A stretch of DNA of 64,000 nt from Takakia lepidozioides (GCA_030704615.1 CM060733.1:58342001-58406000); one strand, 5' to 3'. Numbered from the stretch's first letter, positions 37,616-50,969 are shown. The notes: generated from the sequence alone by a model not told the origin. Made by a program: numbers and translations.

Positions 37616-38290
37616 TCAGAAGAATTGCTTGGATAGTGTTCGGTGGACATCCCTCTCTGCCTTACTGGGCCCCCGCGTTTCTTTGTAGTCCGCTGAATCT
37701 TGCAGATGAGGCATTATCTTAAGAACACGTTGTGCCTCATCCTCCCTGCCTGCACAACGAAGCCATTTGGCCAACACTTTGAGGGTGACTCGGGAGGGCT
37801 TGACACCCTCCTCTTGCATCCTTTCATAAAGCTGTACCGCCTTGTCTACATCTCCTGCCTCGGCAAATGCTTGCATTAGTATAGTGTAAGTGACTGCACT
37901 TGGTGGGCACTCCAGGGAGGGCATTTTGCCAAATAGAGTTTGTGCAGCATTTACTTTTCCAGCCCTTGCTAGACTGTGAATTATAACAGTGTATGTGTGC
38001 TTGGTAGGTTTGCAGTTGGCCTGCCGCATTTTCCCATACATCTGCATAGCCTGGTGGTGGTTTCTTGTTCTTGACAGCAGGTCAATGAGCATGGTATAAG
38101 TGATTTCATTGGGTTCATGCCCTAGCTCTTGCATCTGACCGAAGACCTGCAACAAACACACACCAAGACCTGACTATATGTTTTATTGCTGAAGTCTGAC
38201 AGTGCTCCTGCTCATTGACATTCTCAAACAGAGTAAAACACCACACAGGCACAGGAGAAGGAGCAAAGGGGAGGCAGCAGGAAGCTGTAA

Positions 38291-38321
<31 letters not shown>

Positions 38322-40091
38322 CACAACCTGGAGAGCAGCATCAACATGCTTGGCCTTGCTGTAGCACTTTATGAGGGTGTTAAATGTGACCGTATTGACC
38401 TGTCCCTCTCTCTCCGCTTCTCCCAGCACCTTTTGAATTAGCTCAGTGTTGCCGGCCTTCCCAATTATGTCCATCATTTTTGTGTAGGTGTATTTTGTTT
38501 GTCCAAAGTGAGCTGTCAACCACTCAAAAAACCGCCATGCCACATCCACCTCCCTACTCAAAAGTGTCAACACATTCAACACATAGGGAGGTTTGAGTTT
38601 CGGCTTCAAGCTTTCAAGAGTTTTGTCCATATCAGCTTCCCAACATCTCAGCATTTTTGCAAGCTTCTCTGGTTGAGGCAAGCGGGTGGGAAATACCTTC
38701 AAGTCCTCCTGATTTTTTTTAGACTCTGTTTTGTGGAGAAGTGTGAGTTCCTCAGCCTCTGTTCGTCGTCCTGATTCCCGTAAAGCTGTTGTCAGTGCCA
38801 CCCTTGCCTCAGGTGAGGGGGTCAACCCGAGTTCACTCATGCTCTTGTGGAGAAACATTGCCTTCTCCAGGTCACCTGCATTAGCATGGGCCTTGATGAG
38901 CAAAGAGTACGTGACCCAGTTTGGTCGGCATCCAAGCTGCCCCAATTTCTGAAGGAGATTGCAGGCCACATCCAGTTTCTCGGCCTCCACAAGACTGTGG
39001 ATCAACACAGTGTAGGTGTAGATGTTGGGTCGGCAACCGGACTCTAGCATTTCCCTGTAGACATCCATGGCTTCCTGGTGACATCCTCCCTTGATGAGTG
39101 CGTCAATCAAAGTGGTGTAAGTAAATTCATTGGGTGGGCAGTCTTGCTCATGCATGTGTTGCCACACCCGCCGGACTCCCTCCAGATTCTTGTCCCTTCG
39201 ATACCAATGCATAAGAGATGTGAATGTAACGATGCTCATCCCGCATCCCCCTTTCCGCATTTCTGCCAACACTGTCTCTATGGCTTTAAAGTCTTTAGCT
39301 TTTCCAAATCGGTCAAGCATGGCGGTGTAGGTGTAGACATTGTGGTGATAGCCTTTCTGGGTTTTTGCCCACTTGAAAAACTTCCAAGCAACATCGGCAC
39401 TCATTTTTTCCTTCAACACCCGACACACAACGAAGGGGCTTAGCTGCACCTGCAATTCCTCCAAAGCCTGATAGTTAGGACCGCATTTCTTCAGCACCTT
39501 CAAGATTTTCTCTGCAATTTCGTCGTAAGCTTTACCTCTATGGCTGCCACCATCAACACTCGTTCCTTGAAGATCGTCTCCTGGGCTCTCATCTGCGATG
39601 TGAAGCATGGACCTGTAGAACGTTGTCCGGCCATTGCTCACCATTCTGTCCACCATGAGAGCCGGCGTGGGGATCAAAGGACTGAAAATTGGCAAGGAGA
39701 CATGACCTGATGATGCTACAGTGCGGCACAAGCTCCGAAAGCGATCCCGAGAGATTTTGGACAGCTCTGACTTGAAGCACTCAGAGCTATGGTGCAGTTG
39801 CGCATCGTCCCGACCTTGAGATGATTCGATGGGGCCTTCAACCAAAGAGAAATTCCGTTCAGAGTGAGGAAGGAAGGCTGGATTACCGCTGACAGAAACT
39901 TTGCAATCTTGCTGCCGATTTCTCATGAATGCCTGGCGCCTCAGAAAGGGAGCAAGTCCTGTCCCTTTGACCCGCAGTTCAACCCATTCCTTCCTGCACA
40001 CATTGAGTGGGTCTTTGCTCCTGGAAATCTGCCCACCGTTTTTGAGCCAAGCATAACCTCGCCTTACGAACAATTCCTCTCTCAGGCGCAT
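37616..40091 (-). CDS. P-class pentatricopeptide repeat protein, join(40091..38328, 38146..37616)
   Basis: Tandem 35-aa repeats (PNEFTYTTLIDAL, PNIYTYTVLIHSL, PNWVTYSLLIKAH, PNEITYTMLIDLL) and AWKFFKWAK. GT-AG intron 38147-38327 contains a (GA)n microsatellite. Confidence 0.9.
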
Positions 40092-40619
40092 CGCATTTCC
40101 CTTTCCACTCACTCGTGATGCGGCGTTACAGGCCCACACTCTCCCCGCACTCTCGATCTTTGTTCTTGGCTAGAGGAATAAATAACCACTTGCAAGGCTG
40201 TGAAGGCTTAGAGGGGGCATACCACCTCGTAACCAGAGTAGAATCGAGGGAGCAGAAATGGAAGGTGGGGAGAGTGTCTAGTCTAGAGGGCAGAATTATG
40301 GCAGACGAGAAAGCAAGAGATGAGGATGAAGTGCATCTGGGGACAGAAAACAGAGAACATGAGGCAGTGAAGAAGTAAAGAACTAAGTGAAGCCTAGAGC
40401 TCTAAAACTAGAGCTGTGTCTTGAGCTTCGGATCACGAGCCCTCTTATGGCGCCAGTTACAACGAGAACTTCGCCATGGCCGATGCTGATTTCCTTGTAT
40501 CGGAGATCCTCCATCACAAAACTTTGATGTGAATGCAACTCAGCTGTCAATCTCCCGCTGGCAAGACTACAAGATGACGCACCCAACAAAACTGCCAGAA
40601 CCAGCAGGCACAAATTCGG

Positions 40620-41531
40620 TTGTTGTCATTGTAAAGGTAGTAACAATTGTGGTGAGCGCACTACGTCTCCAGATATGGTTCGCTATGCGATGGCATCTTG
40701 ATGGCATCTATTGCTCGGGAGGCCGAGTATCATGGGTCTCCCAATATGGTTTGCGAATGCAATGACGCGATGCGATGACATTTATTGATGGCATCTATTG
40801 CTCGGGAGGCCGGGTATCATGTACTGCGTGAGCAACCACATCTACGGCCCGCGCAAAGTCCCACTCTACACACCGTCGTGTTGACATCGTCCTATCTAGA
40901 GATGGTTTGCGTACCCTAACAGATGTCGCTCTCGCCTACCCTACTCGAGCGGATCTGCTATCACGCGCAGCTACCACACCATGCACGGCAGCCACTGTAG
41001 CAGCTCAGGAGCGCCACTACAGCGATCATCACCCCACCGGCACATTTCTTCCACTGGCGGTCGAGATATTTGGCTCATTGCACCGGCACTTCGACGATTT
41101 CCTACGGACATGTGCACATCATGCAGCCAAGAGCGGGTCCACTGGCATCCCACATGCCTCCGTCTTTGTCGCCTACTATCGACCACGTGTTTCAGTTGCT
41201 TTGCAGAGAGCACAAGCCATCTCTATTTTGCATCGGGCTGATGTGGCTAGTTCCGCGTCATCTCATCTTCCACCTCTGCCTGACACTTTGCCTATCTCCT
41301 TGCCTGATCTCCTCCAAGCTGTTGGCTGGGAGGGTCGCTCTGCATGAGTAGTTTACTATAGCTTCTGTTTTCGTCGCTTGATGAGTAGCTTACTATAGCT
41401 TTGGTTTTCTTCTCTAGCTGAGTAGCTTACTATAGCTTTTTGTTTTCTTCTCTTGTTTCTTGTTCCTCCCCCCCTTTTTGGAACTTCTCATCATATGCAC
41501 GTTCACCCATTGTACATGTTGTAAATAAAGT
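40620..41531 (+). mobile_element. 5'-truncated CRE-like non-LTR retrotransposon (restriction-like endonuclease C-terminus and 3' UTR)
   Basis: IAREAGYHVLREQ..RRVDIV..TLTDV..AATVAAQ..HY..FLPLAVEIFG..RVSVALQRAQA. The 3' UTR has 3x tgagtag.ttactatagct and AATAAA. Confidence 0.7.
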
Positions 41532-41979
41532 CTTACAAGGTTTCATCAGTAACAATCGCGGACTGACATATAAATGAGCGTAAAAATCTGGGCAGCAGGC
41601 ACCTATCAATGTTCAACCATGCAGTCATGTCATACGCGACATTAGCAACATCCATCACCGTGACTCGAGTATTCATCAATGTGAGTAATACGAGAACACT
41701 TATGACGGAAGTTGGGGGGGGGGCTTAGTAAACAAGGCCTGCTTCACTGATAATGCTGCCCCGTCTGTACTTCAGATTGGTATACTCCTTCCTGGCCTTC
41801 GCAGTCATGATTTAACAAATAGAGGTTGGTAGATGGACAACCTGGAATGTGCTTTTGCTTCTGCTTCTGCTTTTGCTTGGTTCCAAAAGCTGTAATCAAA
41901 GTTCCCTGGACTTTGTTTCCTGTAGCCTTTGGGCCATAGACCCCAGCGAGTTGATGTGTGTGAACTGAAGACACTCTCT

Positions 41980-42868
41980 CTTCCTAGGCAACCAAAAGAT
42001 CAGGTTCTTTATCAGGAGCACAACTCCATCTCAGATCCTAAGTGCAGAGTTCGCATGTGTACCATTGCAATCCGAGGCCCTCTTCCGGCTTACAATCTTT
42101 CTCCATAGATTACAGGCCCTTCCACCCAAGGGGCTCGTGGCAAGGGCCCTCACAACATCTATGAGGCTCAAAGCTGCAGGTTTCAGGAACTCCTGGTATG
42201 CTCGAGTGGACAGTTTATTTCAATGTAACGGACTTTCTACTGCTTTCCTATTAGCAATGAATCCAGATGAGGTGAACATCACATCCAGACATGACCGCAA
42301 CAGACTCATTAGGAGAGAGTTTATGGAATTACATGTCAAGAGAACTTGGAAGCTACCCAATCTCACGACAAAGCTCCACTTCTATCGAGAGACATTCTTG
42401 GTGCTCCGCGATGATAGAATCTTGAGACCAAATTACCTTTCAGCATCCTTATCTCCTTCCCTCCTGAGGGCATTGGGGCGGTTCAGGGTGGGTTCCCACA
42501 ACCTACGGATAGAGACTGGCAGATGGGAAAACCTGCAACGGGAGGACCGCCTATGTCCAGCTTGCATAGGGCGCAGCAAGGAAATTGAAACTGAAGAACA
42601 CTTCTTCTACTGCCGTCTATACTACGAGATCCGTGGGAGATTCCACTGTTTATTCAGTGGAACCCAAACTCTCACTGATGTCTTTCACTATGAGGATCAA
42701 AAATGCTTGGCAGCCTACCTACACGAGGCCTTCACCCCTAGACAATCGCTAGAACATTAATTGTGGTTTCTGGATTTGTTCCTCTCTCATGTTTTCTTCC
42801 ATTTTGTCCCATAAGCTCTATGAGCTTTCCGCGGACGTTATAAAGCACCATTTCATTTCATTTCATTT
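41980..42868 (+). mobile_element. 5'-truncated LINE (RTE-X/CR1-L2-like ORF2 C-terminus) with a (CATTT)n tail
   Basis: ORF 42065-42760: RFRVGSHNLRIETGRW..RLCPAC..ETEEHFFYCRLYYEIR; tail catttcatttcatttcattt. Confidence 0.8.
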
Positions 42869-44597
42869 ATTATTGGGATCAATTTATGGTGACAGGTTGA
42901 AGGCTTTTGCTACCACATGATCTTCTTTGGGCAAGCTCAAAAACAGAAACTTGCACAAACGACAAGATCAACATGCCCAGGCAAATGGCTTATGCTAGCA
43001 AATGGTCGTATCACTGAGCTACCACAATCATTGGTTGATAATGAAACAGTGTCATGCATCTGACGTACTGTCCAAGCAAGGGGAAAACTCCAGAGCTGGA
43101 TTCGGAAACATAATCCCATGATGAGCTTTCTTTCATGTCGTGGACATTGATAGCATGTGGATATGGTGGAGGTAGCATTGCCACAAGTGATTGCTCTATG
43201 ACTCTGGTTTCTGCTGCTAAGCAAACTGGAGTGTGGCGGGCAGAGCAGATTATATCTCCATAATGTTAGAACTGGATTTTGCAATTAGGAGGGTCATTTG
43301 ACAGGGGCAGTTGCAAAACAAGCCAGTTGTGAGATCCAGTCTTTGGGTAGCCTAAGAATTTCTGACTTACACACAGTAGACAAGAAAAAATAGCCATTAG
43401 GTTTAACAGTGACACCTTGTTGGAAGTGCAGGTGAAGGAGAGGGTTATAACATACTGTTAGATCACACTTTGCACCTGACTTCCCAGCAAAGCGGTGGAG
43501 CATCAACCTCGGTCTGTTCGGGTTACCTTCACTGATTGACCATGGTTACTAGCTTGTTTGCATTGATTGGTCCTCTATCCATGGATGCGATTGGTCTTCA
43601 CTGTTCTCCCACAGCATCCCAAATATGAGGCGAATCAAGTTCTCAAGTTCTCAACCACGGCTGTTGAAAGAGCTGTGAAATGCTGTCATAAGTGCCCGTA
43701 CCCAGCTTGGTAACAGCTCCAGTTCCACATTCTGAAGTGAAATAACTGATGTGTAGCATGACATTTGCAGACACCCCAGTGTGGAATGCACAGGAGAGCC
43801 AGATTGCTGATCTGATAGATTTTCTTCAGGCTCATGGCAAAGAGTGTTTTTGTGGTTCTACATTATACTTGTACTTTGTCACTTGGATCTTTTGGGCCTC
43901 TCTCGGATGTTTAAAAGTTCCCTCGTTCTATTTTTCTCCCTTGGGGGCTGCCCGTAGACATCTTTCATTCTGCCAACCAAATACACCACATAAATGCAGG
44001 GGCCCCAGAAAGTCTAAAGACATAATTTTTCTAAGCTCTTAAACATTTGATGTACACAAATGAAAAAACAGGCTCCAAGAGATTGCAAGATAGAGTGATT
44101 GAAAAGGAGCTTGGAAAAAATCAAGAAGTACCCAAGCTGTGTCTTGTCAACTCACTGCATGACCTTATATCCTATCCTGCCTCAAATAGTCATACAGGGT
44201 TTATTTTGCAACTCAGAATAACCACCTTCTGTAAAACCTGGGCTTGCATGCACTAAAGCTGGAAGAATGTATATGGGAGAAGTAGGTAGTCTAGCAAACC
44301 AGGATAACCAGGCCCCGGCCACAAGGCTTTAGCAAACAATGTCATATGAGTACATTCTCTTTCTTGTTTCCTGCTTTCTCTTGCCTCATAAGCTCTTTAA
44401 GCTTTCTGCGGACATTATGGAGTGTCCTTTCATTTCTTTCCTATGTTCCATATTATATTTGAGCAATTGTTAAATCCATGATGTGGGGATAGAAAATCAT
44501 TCCCAGTTTTTTTGTCTCTCACGGGCCACCTATTTGCTCTCCTTTGTGTCTGTAAATCAATCTTGCAACTGTGGGCTCAACTAATATTGTTATGGCA

Positions 44598-44941
44598 GGC
44601 AACAGCTATGGAAGGAGTGGAGAGCGGCCTTCAAACTGATTATACATTGAGGGTAGGATCATATCCATTAGACATTTTGCTCATTCCAGATTCTAAGGTC
44701 CTCAATCGGAATGTTTGACAAAGTGTCTGACAGGCATCATGCCTCTCCCAATCTTTTCATGTAATTGTCGGCTGATACTCAGTCTTTCTCTTTGCTTGTT
44801 TGACGCGGGAGTGTGAGATAATTCTCACAGCTGTATTGCAAATTGGACAGGTACTTGGCCTTGATGTGTGTGCTGACATAATGGTTGGAGATGCCATGCG
44901 CCAAGGTGTCTCGGGAGGGCAAAGAAAACGTGTCACAACAG
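44598..44941 (+). pseudogene. Two ABCG/PDR exons inverted relative to the rest of the pseudogene
   Basis: ATAMEGVESGLQTDYTLR and [31 protein letters not shown] (ABC signature). Confidence 0.85.
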
Positions 44942-45214
44942 GTATCATCAACGGACAGTAAAATGTGTAGCTGGCCACTAGAAACATAGCTAAATGGGCT
45001 GGTTTTCAGATTTGTGGGGATTGAACTCCATCATCTGAAGACCAAGAGAGGAGGAGATGCAGGAGAAAGAGAGAACTTTACTATTTCCAGAGGAGGCTGG
45101 GGCAAAAAAGGAACCTCAAAATGTGTGAGAGAAATGAAACGATACTTTGTAATGCACTTGTTCCCTCAAAACTGTAGAGTACAACTTTCAAAGAGAACCA
45201 GACAAACGACTAGT

Positions 45215-47580
45215 TGCGTATGAAGAAATCAAAATCAGCCTCGGGGAAAATGCCTGCTGCCTTCTCTCCGTAGACGTTATAAAGCACCATTTCATTTCAT
45301 TTCTCTTTTCACCAGCTCCGAAAGTAGCTCTGTAAGCAAAAGACCACTTCGACCACATGAATGAAAAACAAGCATCACACTGAAAGACGATTCCCTGACA
45401 AATCTACACCAGGACTTGAATAATCCTTGATTTCACAATCACCCCAGAGATGTAGTTTGATAGGAAGGTGGCATCGAGAGGGCATAAGTCAAACTTAATA
45501 AATTGCATGATGAAGTATGAGTAGGTTTGAAGTAGATGTTAGTCATATATTATTCTTGTGTCAACAACAAGGATTTAGGTGGGCCCATGACCAGTGAGAT
45601 CAGACAGCCATCCATCCATAAGGAAAGTGAAAAATTAACGAAGGAGTGAACTCACGATAGCGGGTGCCAACTGCCAACCCCTTGGCAACGTGCAGAAAAG
45701 GCGAGGGTTTCACAAACAGTCATTTCGGGTGTGTGTAAGTCATGTTGGCTTATGTACACTGCTGTTTTCTGTGGCACAAACTCATCCAGTGTATGCCCAT
45801 TGGTCACCTTCCCGGAGACCTGCGGAAAAGCAATTCATCTGCAGACTTCAGTGCTTAAAGCCACAAAAGAAGTATATAATTTGTGGTCTCCTCCACCCAG
45901 CTACTGCCTCCTCCAGCCAATAATAAAAATAGAAAGAAGCAGCTGGATTCTTACTCTCAGGTCGGGATCGAGCTTTCCAGCCAAAGCTAGAAGCAAAGTC
46001 GTCTTCCCTGAGCTTGGGGACCCAAGAAGCAACGTCATCCTGCAGGACCAAGGATTTTGGAAATACATGTATTATACAATTGTGCCAATTGAAGCCCAAA
46101 AGTTTACAAGACCAGTACCATACAATACACGTTGACATGTTACAAGGCTATCAGTAGAGAACAAATGCAGACGAAGCAAAGACACAATCTGATTCGTGGG
46201 ACATGATGAGGGACTGCCAAGCTGTAGACATTCAGTCAAGAAACTTGTGGGTAAAATCCATTATATTGTAGCTTGTGAAGCCTACAAATACCTCAAGCCT
46301 CTCAGACTAGTAGAAAGTGTGCCAATCCACATCAAATCCCATTAGGTACCTTGCAGGTCATCAGAGCTCTAAGAATCCTCTAGGCTACAACTGGGATAAA
46401 TGCTAGTTGAGGACTGGCATCAACGTATCTTGTAGATGCATTTACATTGGTTCAAAGGTTAGAAAGGTCTAAGGAGGCAACCACACCTGCCAGGCTTGAT
46501 ACTACCACTGACATTGTGTAATATATTGAGCTCCGCAAAATTGGGGCCAATAGGACCTGCAAAAATTGAAACACCATCAGCTCAGTATCTGGGGACACTA
46601 TTATGCATGTAACCAGAATCAACCAAACCATTTTGGTATCCTGCTGGGACAGTAATATAAGATAACGCCTTGGTAAATGTCAATGAGTAGGACCCAGTAG
46701 TATTTTCCAAATAAGATGGAACTCCTAGTGTCCTGCTCACCATACTGTTTGCTGAGCTTCCATGCACACTAAAACCCAGGGCTTTAATTCTACTGGATAC
46801 TCAGTACGTAAGAAGTAAATATCTAGCAACCTCAAGAGAGGCTTATTGGAAGCCCACCTACCAAAATGGTCAGCAACCATCCATACTGCAAGAACCAATC
46901 AGTGTTAAGGTCCAGGTTTATAACAAACCTCAAGAATGTTTCTTGCAGAGTTCCAAAGGGTGGGAAGAGCTCTGCCTCCAACTCGACAGTCTGCATTTAC
47001 TGGCAAATTTTCATATCGGACCTCTATTGTGGGAATTTCTATTCCCACCCTGTCACATCACAGACTGGCTTTAGTTCAGAAAGAAGCTGAGTGATCTTCT
47101 CACAACAAACTGAGTGTAGACCGTACCTTGGGATCAGAAGGCAAGGTTGTTAGCCTTCAACAACGCAACGTCTATGACTGATGTCTATTTCTAGCTCTCA
47201 AACGTCTTCTTTCAGTAATTCATCCCGAGGAACTTGAGGTCATCAGCCTCTGTTGACAAACCAACCTCTCCGACTGAGGCACATTCAAGTTGTTCTTCTC
47301 TCTGCCCACCCTCAAATGCTAAAGACACTTGAAACAATGATCACTCACCTGTCAATTCGTTCCCGCAGCTTCAAGAGAAACTTCTCATTGTCTTCCTCAG
47401 CAACTTTTAGAGTTTTTTGTATCAACTGTTGGTGTTCCGCCAATCCCAGGGTCCGTAAATCCACAGTGTCGTGTAGGATCTTGTTGCCATCCTCGTTTAC
47501 TATGACAGTGGTGCGAAGGCAGACACAAGTAGGAAGTTTCTCCAGAGCTGAGCCTCCTCATCATCAATACCCACTTCCCT
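45215..47580 (-). pseudogene. Full-size ABCG (PDR) transporter pseudogene, N-terminal/NBD1 exons
   Basis: DDEEA..ALEKLPT..EEDNEKFLLKLRERID; VGIEIPTIEVRYENL..GGRALPTL; [25 protein letters not shown]; [16 protein letters not shown]; ELVKRE..AGIFPEAD. Frameshifts present. Confidence 0.9.
45268..45300 (+). mobile_element. 33-bp LINE 3'-tail insertion with 6-bp TSD TTCTCT
   Basis: ccgtagacgttataaagcaccatttcatttcat flanked by ttctct (45262-45267 and 45301-45306), inside a PDR exon. Confidence 0.8.
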
Positions 47581-48099
47581 GCAGGCAAGGAAGACTGTTC
47601 GGTTATTTTAAAGAAGGGCATGTGTACAGGTCTTTATCATGTAGATGCTACCAATAACAAACTCGACGTTGTCCAATGCTCCATAATTAGGCGGGGGTGG
47701 TCTGAAAGACAACACCCATGGAACTGTTTTACTTTTTCTTTTTGCAACTAATCAACCAATTTGTGTACCAAACATCACGCATAGTTCTGGACCTGGTTGC
47801 CACCATGAAACCCTTCAAGAGAAACCACATACGCCGAAGTCGTGTGGCACTGATGCCACAAACCAACTCCTATGGCAAAAAAATTGCCTTGGAGGATCAC
47901 AATTTGCGAATGATTTCCACATAGAGAGGCCTGTCAGTGCCTCTGTCCATCAAATGATGAAAATCTTCCACACAAATGAGTTTCGAGGGGATTGTATTTT
48001 CGGGATAAGTCAATTTGGGGCAAATGGCATTCTAAAGAGATCTCCAACTGATCATTGTTAGTACCCATTGTCCCTACAGAAGCTGATATCCCTGGCAAT

Positions 48100-49748
48100 A
48101 GTTAAGCATCTTTGTACTGTTTGCATAACCTAAGATGAATAGGCTGCATTTCCAGTTTGATGTCTGCTTTTGTATGTTTCTCAAGGGACTGTGTCCAATG
48201 GAAAAGACATGTTCGCTCTCTTTCTGGCATTGGCACCTTTGGATCTCCTGATCCAAACACAATGCGAATAGCATTGAAGTTCGCTTGAGCACTGTCTGCC
48301 ATAAATCCGGCAAAATTTGGACATGGGACACCTTGGGAGTCCATAACGCGAATGAGACTTCTCCACATTAGCTGTTGCGAATCCGCATCCTCTAATTGCA
48401 TGTCACACACTGCAATTGTCATGACTCGCTGGTAGAAAGGATCGTAAACATGACACACCATTGTAGTCTAGTCTTTCACTCGTTTGACGTGATCAAACAT
48501 AAGGAAACAATTCTGAAGATCGCCACCCTTCTGCATGCGCTTCACAAGACTGACTCCGCTGCCCTCCCCAGCTGTGGACATTTTGAAAATGTACACTTTG
48601 TTGGACCCTTGACCTGGGAACACCCTCTCTTGAATGTAGTCATACCTGCTCCGTCACTTCAACTCAAAAATGTTATCAACGTACCCTCTGTTAGCAGAGC
48701 CCATCCTCAATGCATTCACCTGGTTTTTAATGTTCGGCAAGCTCAAGGTAGAGAAGTGATCCATAACATTGTCCAAGGCTGACCCGTCGAGTTTCCTGCC
48801 CACAGAATCTCCTTCACTAAGAATATGGGTTTCCAGGAAAGTCTTGCTTGCTCCAAGAACAATTGTGGAGGTGGTGGCTGTTGGATTGCTCTCATACTCT
48901 TGTCTTATCAATCTGGATACTGTTTCAACGCTTTCCCTGTAATCCCCCTTCGACACTGGATGATTGTGGAACCCGAAATGCACACCGACTCTAGTCAAGG
49001 TTGGAAAACGGTGCACCACATAGTACATTCTTGCTCCACACACTGCCACACAGGAAGGCGCTCATTTGCAGAACTTGCAAACGAAAGTGTTGGAGCTTGG
49101 AGGTGCTTCACCGGGCTTGAAAGGATTCTCAGCGACACCCTCCCACTCGCTCTGGTTCTGAACCTCTGACCGTAGGAAATGTCTGCAACTCAAATTCTCG
49201 CACCTCAGGTGCCCATTGCACACCGCTCTCTTGAACACGAGCTTTTCATCATTTTGAATATTGGATGTCTTCGTTCTGCACCATGGGTGTCCATTGTGTC
49301 TCTTGTCCATTCCGTGCATGAGGCTCAAAATGGGTCCACCCCGCCCAGGTGGAGGCAGCTCGAAGACGACATCCCCATCAAAAGATTCTGGAAGGTACTG
49401 CACACGCTCAACAGGGACAGTGTCCCAGTCAATCCCCCGCAATTCTCTCTTGAAACCGGGCAATCCTCCCATTGACTTCAGTTTAGGAATGACACTACAC
49501 AGGTCCTTCAATTCCGGCACCATGACCACCGGAGAAGGAGCAAGAAAAGGAATTTTCGGGACGTCCTCCTCCGAGGAGTCAGAGAGTTCAACAATTTGTC
49601 TGGAAGTTGTGGGCTCCATCTTCACGACCACATTCCTCTTATCTTGAACAACAGAAGGAGTAGTTCCCGGCATCACATACGAACCAATCGACTGCCGGCG
49701 AGGAGCTCCAAGGACTCTGTATCTTCCTGGAGGAACTCTCCACTGACT
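48100..49748 (-). mobile_element. GCM-domain/MULE-like transposase gene (3' part; 5' part at 61642-61896)
   Basis: MDKRHNGHPWCRTKTSN..CNGHLRCENLSC..CKFC..HFGFHNHP (WRKY/GCM-like Zn domain), then FMADSAQANFNAI..CLFHW (MULE DDE/CxxH). Confidence 0.7.
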
Positions 49749-50096
49749 TGTCAAGTTAAATAAGCACAGTGTGAAAACAGCTAGAATAAAACTAGTTATT
49801 TGTATTTAACACTTGGATTTAGGTCAAGTGTTAAATCAGGTGTCAAGTTTAGTTTGACACCTGGTCCGTCTTATCTTCACGAGAGCGGCAGTCGCGCGGC
49901 TCATCTTTCTCGAGTTGAGCTTGCGCGACCGAGCTCCTGCATGTGTTTAGATTTGAGTGTGCTTATGTAGGGGTACAGGTTGTTGTGGGGTGGAGTCCCC
50001 ATAGCTTGGGGTGCCCCTGGCTCGACTACTATTTCTAAGAATGATGGTTTGGTTTTCATGTTTTGTGTCAACAGTGTGTTCGTTGGATTTCTATCA
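49749..50096 (+). repeat. Terminal repeat A1 (348 bp; copy A2 at 61204-61551)
   Basis: Direct repeat with 2 visible transitions; TG..CA ends. Confidence 0.95.
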
Positions 50097-50109
50097 CTCG
50101 AGAAAGATG
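50096..50109 (+). promoter_or_regulatory. Self-priming PBS complementary to 49902-49915
   Basis: actcgagaaagatg is the exact reverse complement of catctttctcgagt. No TGG-starting tRNA PBS is present. Confidence 0.7.
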
Positions 50110-50969
50110 CTCTCTTACCTGTGAGTGCAAGGTAGGAGTTGAGGGTTAGCACTTGCAAGATTACCTGCGTATAAGTAGTGATTAGTTTGAGAAGCATATC
50201 ATTGAATGTGACCACAAGATTCAGCGTGCCCTGAAACGCCTGGAGGATGACGATGCCAGAGCCGCCATTGTTATTGCAGTCGCTGAAGCTACCAAGTCAC
50301 TAGAGGCTTTGGGGTACACAAGGAGATACTTAAAAATGCAGCAGCAAATGCTAGTTGGCACCTATGCATGATCCTTGAAGCTGGATGATCGTTTCACCAG
50401 TAAGCTTATAGAGGAGCTCTTCTGGTCTTGTGTGTCATGTCTGAAGGCTTCATTGCATACCACTGATCCTCTTTCAAAGGAACAACCGCTTGACTGTCCA
50501 GGCTTTGCAGAATCAGAAGCTTGAAGTCACAACGAACGATGATGATGATGTGGAACAGTGGGTGGAAGCTTGTCTTCCAAATTTTTGGCAGCAGATGACA
50601 CTGCAGCGCGGAAAAGAATGCTTTGCTCGGAAGAAGGCTCTGATCCAACTAGTTGTGTGTATCTGTGACTTGGCAGAGGACTGGGCATAAATGACATTTG
50701 GTGGGTCTCAAAAGTGGGTCCACATCTGAACGTTGTCACTTGGGGCTGCAAGTTATCGTGATTCAGGGGTGACTCTAACTGAATCACCATTGACAAGGAC
50801 AGTAGTGGCAAGTGCTGTTTAGGGAAGACACCACTGTGGACGACTTGATTCATGTGATAGAAGGCTAAATACAGCAGTGGTGGGACTAGCCAACAACCGA
50901 CAAGGCAATCCAGCATGCAGTACCTGGACAGTTTTTTTTTTTTTTTTTTTTTTTGAAAATGGATTGCAG

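Noticed and set aside
42900-44000. Possible additional gene fragments
   Set aside because: No recognisable motif or consistent exon chain.
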